NCBI GenBank assembly: GCA_001724245.1
Contig: MEDX01000008.1
Span: 1 to 62,173, forward strand
Length of the DNA: 62,173 bases
DNA from: Fonticula-like sp. SCN 57-25
Taxonomy: Eukaryota
Direction: 5' to 3'
Shown: positions 59,409-62,173 of the stretch, piece after piece
Position numbering within the stretch: position 1 is the first letter of the stretch
Layout: every line of letters begins with the position of its first letter
The notes under the pieces: generated by a model
The model's database searches: none
What the model was told of the DNA's origin: nothing
What the model saw: only the letters and a program-made list of their open reading frames with translations
Made by a program: the position numbers and the translations under genes

Positions 59409-60558
59409 ATGCACTCGGTGAGCAACCTTACGGGGTTAACGGGGGTCCCTTCTGCCCCGCCAGCATCGTTAGCCGGTACGTGGCTTGGCCCGCGAGCCTG
59501 TTTGCCGGGGCGCTCACTCGTTTTGGGACGTAGCTTTTGCGACGCAGTACTTATTAGCTGATTCCGCGGAGAGTGATGAGGTTAAGAATGCCTGCACCTG
59601 GCAGCTCGCTGCCGTCCTCAAAGCCGCCAACGCTTCTCTAGCGGTGGTGCTGCATGCAATGTGGTTTGTCGAGCAGTTTTATCACAGGACGGGTCGCGTA
59701 TGGATTCCTAGAGAACAGAGCTCTGCTTCGCTACTTCATGCCATGATGGGCACGGGACCGGGGAGCGACATGCCGATGAACGACAGCGTCGCGTGCCTCT
59801 ACCGCCTCATGGTCGCGGCCGTTGTGGTTGCAAACAAGTTTTGTGAGGACCAGACCTACACGAATAAGGCGTGGACGTCGGTCGCATCTATTCCCCTCGA
59901 AGATCTGAATCTCCTCGAGATTCGCCTCGTGTCTGTGTTGCAGTTTGACCTCCACATCCCCGAGTTCACGTACACGGCCTGGCTCAAGCACCTTCTCCTC
60001 TTCATGAGAGGCTCCACGTTGCCGCTGGGTGACGGCGTACCGCAGTCCCTCGCCGCCGTGTACGCGGCGACGAACGGGTCCCCCGTGTGCTCGCCATACC
60101 AGCCGCGGCGGGGGCCGTACACCGCGATCCCCGTCGGGCAGGCCTCGCCGGCCAGTATGTCGCCTCTGTCCTCGCCAGTGGTACAGCGGCGCCGCCTGTC
60201 GCCGCATAATTTGGTTCCTTTTTCGCCCGTTTCGATTGTGCGGAACGAAACTGCACAGAGCATGGCGCATCCCAGCTACGATACGCAGGCGCCTGCGTCG
60301 GCCTCGCACCTCCGGAACGATGTTTACTCGCAGGCTGCGTCACCGGCCACGTCGGTAATGTACTCGCCGGCCGTGCCTATGCCTGTAGTTCTACCACCGT
60401 TGGACACCTTTTTCCACCCTCTTTCTTCTGCCAATCCCGCCATGTGGCCCTCAATTTTGCCGCCACCGGTCATGGACGAGACGTCTCTTTCCGCAGACGC
60501 ACTGGCGTATGACGCCGCTATAAAGCTGATGCATTCGAGACTTTTATCTGCAGCTTAG
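59409..60558 (+). CDS. Pho80/Pcl-family cyclin-like protein with S/P-rich tail (2 exons)
   Basis: YRLMVAAVVVANKFCEDQTYTNKAW..VASI...DLNLLE..LV..LQFDLHI cyclin box. Confidence 0.85.
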
Positions 60559-61031
60559 CTGCTAAAGTGTATTATTTGTCATTCGTGGTGTCGCTAGGGC
60601 GCTACTGAAACCACCCGTCCAACAGTTTAGTGTGTGTGTTTGCATTCTAGCATAACATGTGTGTTATCTATTTCCCAGCATTAATTTCATCTGCGAATTA
60701 TTGGCCGTGCTGTATGGCTGGCCACCTGTCAAGTCCCTTTCTTGTGTCATTTCTACCATTCCATAATTATATTCCATACTTTCGGTCCTGTGTAATTCAC
60801 TCAATATTAGACGTACTTTCCACTTTCTTAGTTGATTGAACGATTGCCACTGGATTGCCAGTTTGCAACTTTGCAGATTGCATCTCAGTTTGCAACCGTT
60901 ACATGAATTATTTTCCAAAATCACCAAAAATCACACACGATTTTTGTCGTGTCAGCACGGGCTCTACGGTGCTGCGCGTCAGGCCGTGATTCGATCGCTC
61001 ACTCGCCTGTCTCGCTAGTACACTAGCCACC

Positions 61032-61328
61032 ATGTCAACGTCGTCGACGCAACAGCGCAAGCCCATTGTGGAATCGCTCCCCTCCAAGGTTGTTTCCACA
61101 TTGGTCGCCACATCGGCGTCGAAAGAAGCAAAGGAAGATGCAGACATTGCGCGTCTGCGCGAGTTTGATCTGGACACAAAATTCGGGCCGTGCATTGGAA
61201 TTTCCCGCATGCAGCGCTGGGAGCGCGCTGAGCGGAACGGTTTGGAACCGCCGGCTGACGTCAAGGATCTCATCGAGAGATACCCCAAGGAGCAAGGCAG
61301 TCTCTGGAGCGAAGTCAAGGCGCTCTGA
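61032..61328 (+). CDS. POLD4: DNA polymerase delta subunit 4 (p12/Cdm1)
   Basis: LREFDLDTKFGPCIGISRMQRWERA...GLEPP..VK.LI. Confidence 0.92.
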   Translation: MSTSSTQQRKPIVESLPSKVVSTLVATSASKEAKEDADIARLREFDLDTKFGPCIGISRMQRWERAERNGLEPPADVKDLIERYPKEQGSLWSEVKAL

Positions 61329-61567
61329 GACGCATCGCGAATCGCCGTCGTTGTCTTATTTTCTTGGTAGTTTAGAGTAGCCTGCTTTGAGTAGGTGCTG
61401 GGGTACGCGCTGTTTTCGGTTAATGTTTTTAGGGAAATGGTCAAGTTGTTTCTGGATTCCTCCGATGCCGCTGGCTGTCTGGTATGGTTGTTACAGTAGT
61501 ATTAATAATGATAAACACAAAACAGTCTGAAAAATTACTCTTAAAATTGCCCATTGCGGTCAGCATG

Positions 61568-62173
61568 CTAATGAAGCTTGTCCTCTTTGATGCGCTCGTC
61601 GAGGATCTTGCATAGCGGCTCGTCAAAGTATGTCGCGAAATCGTTGAGAAGATCCGGGCCGCTTTTCGCAAACGCCACCTTGGCCTGCGTCTCTGGCGCC
61701 AGCAGCATCTTCACCTGAGCCCACCGATAAATGTCAGCAACGTCGACTAAATATTGATAGCACGAGACGCACCGCTTTCCACACGGGCTGGAAGATGTAC
61801 GGCGAATCGACCAGCAGGATGCGCCGCAATCTTTCGGGGTAGTGGTCACTCAGAATCTTTACGACGTGGCTCGCGAGGCGCGGGTCCATATCGGCGAGCC
61901 CAAAGCCCTCGAAATTTACAATAAAAGTCAAAAGTGTAGCGTTGAGGCCCATTGCCTCGACAACCTTGAAACCCTTCTCGATCATCACTGCAATGGGCGT
62001 GGTTAGAGAGAGGAAAAGAGACGCTATACTCGTACACAAAATGTGCTCTGTCCCAGCTGGATGTCCCCGTGATGTGGCATGCTGTGAACGAGCATAGTCA
62101 GTACGCAGCGTGACGCGACGCCAAAGCGCACCTTGAAATCAGTGTACAAAACAGGACCGTTTGCTTTGCACAC
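61568..62173 (-). CDS. CRAL-TRIO (Sec14-like) lipid-binding protein, 5' end outside the window
   Basis: IVNFEGFG..D, ILSDHYPERLRRILLVDSPYIFQPVWKA-VK.LL.PET.AKV.F. Confidence 0.88.

Overview
Gene-dense eukaryotic nuclear DNA with about 31 protein-coding genes in 62 kb. Introns are short (~40-90 nt) GT-AG with a GT(A/G)CG donor consensus, and intergenic spacers are often under 150 bp. Gene content mixes fungal-type genes (PMT1-like, Pho80/Pcl-type cyclin, fungal-style NDUFB8) with genes kept in animals but lost in yeasts (CstF-50, WDR91, TDRD9/Spindle-E). This suggests an early-branching unicellular opisthokont (inference). Most genes are housekeeping: VMA9, NDUFB8, PAN2, SmE, JMJD4, ACSL, NDUFA2, PMT, PanK, CSTF1, RSAD1, PPR, CYB561, CDC7, PIH1, GlyRS, SF3B1, WDR91, POLD4. 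The standout is a ~2,500-aa minus-strand gene (29569-37880). It carries 19 tandem SMN/SPF30-type Tudor domains fused to a TDRD9/Spindle-E-type DExH RNA helicase, appears to lack the usual internal Tudor region, and ends in a candidate Zn-binding domain. It is a candidate scaffold-helicase of a piRNA-like or RNA-granule system outside animals. Other notable items are a C2-C2-RasGAP fused to a paxillin-like LD/4xLIM tail, a PanK-DUF89 fusion with intact kinase but degenerate phosphatase motifs, an animal-like NF-Y/E2F/CDE-CHR promoter on CDC7, and a recurrent TGCAAACTG promoter motif. Gene models were spliced by eye and family calls come from remembered motifs; no searches were run.
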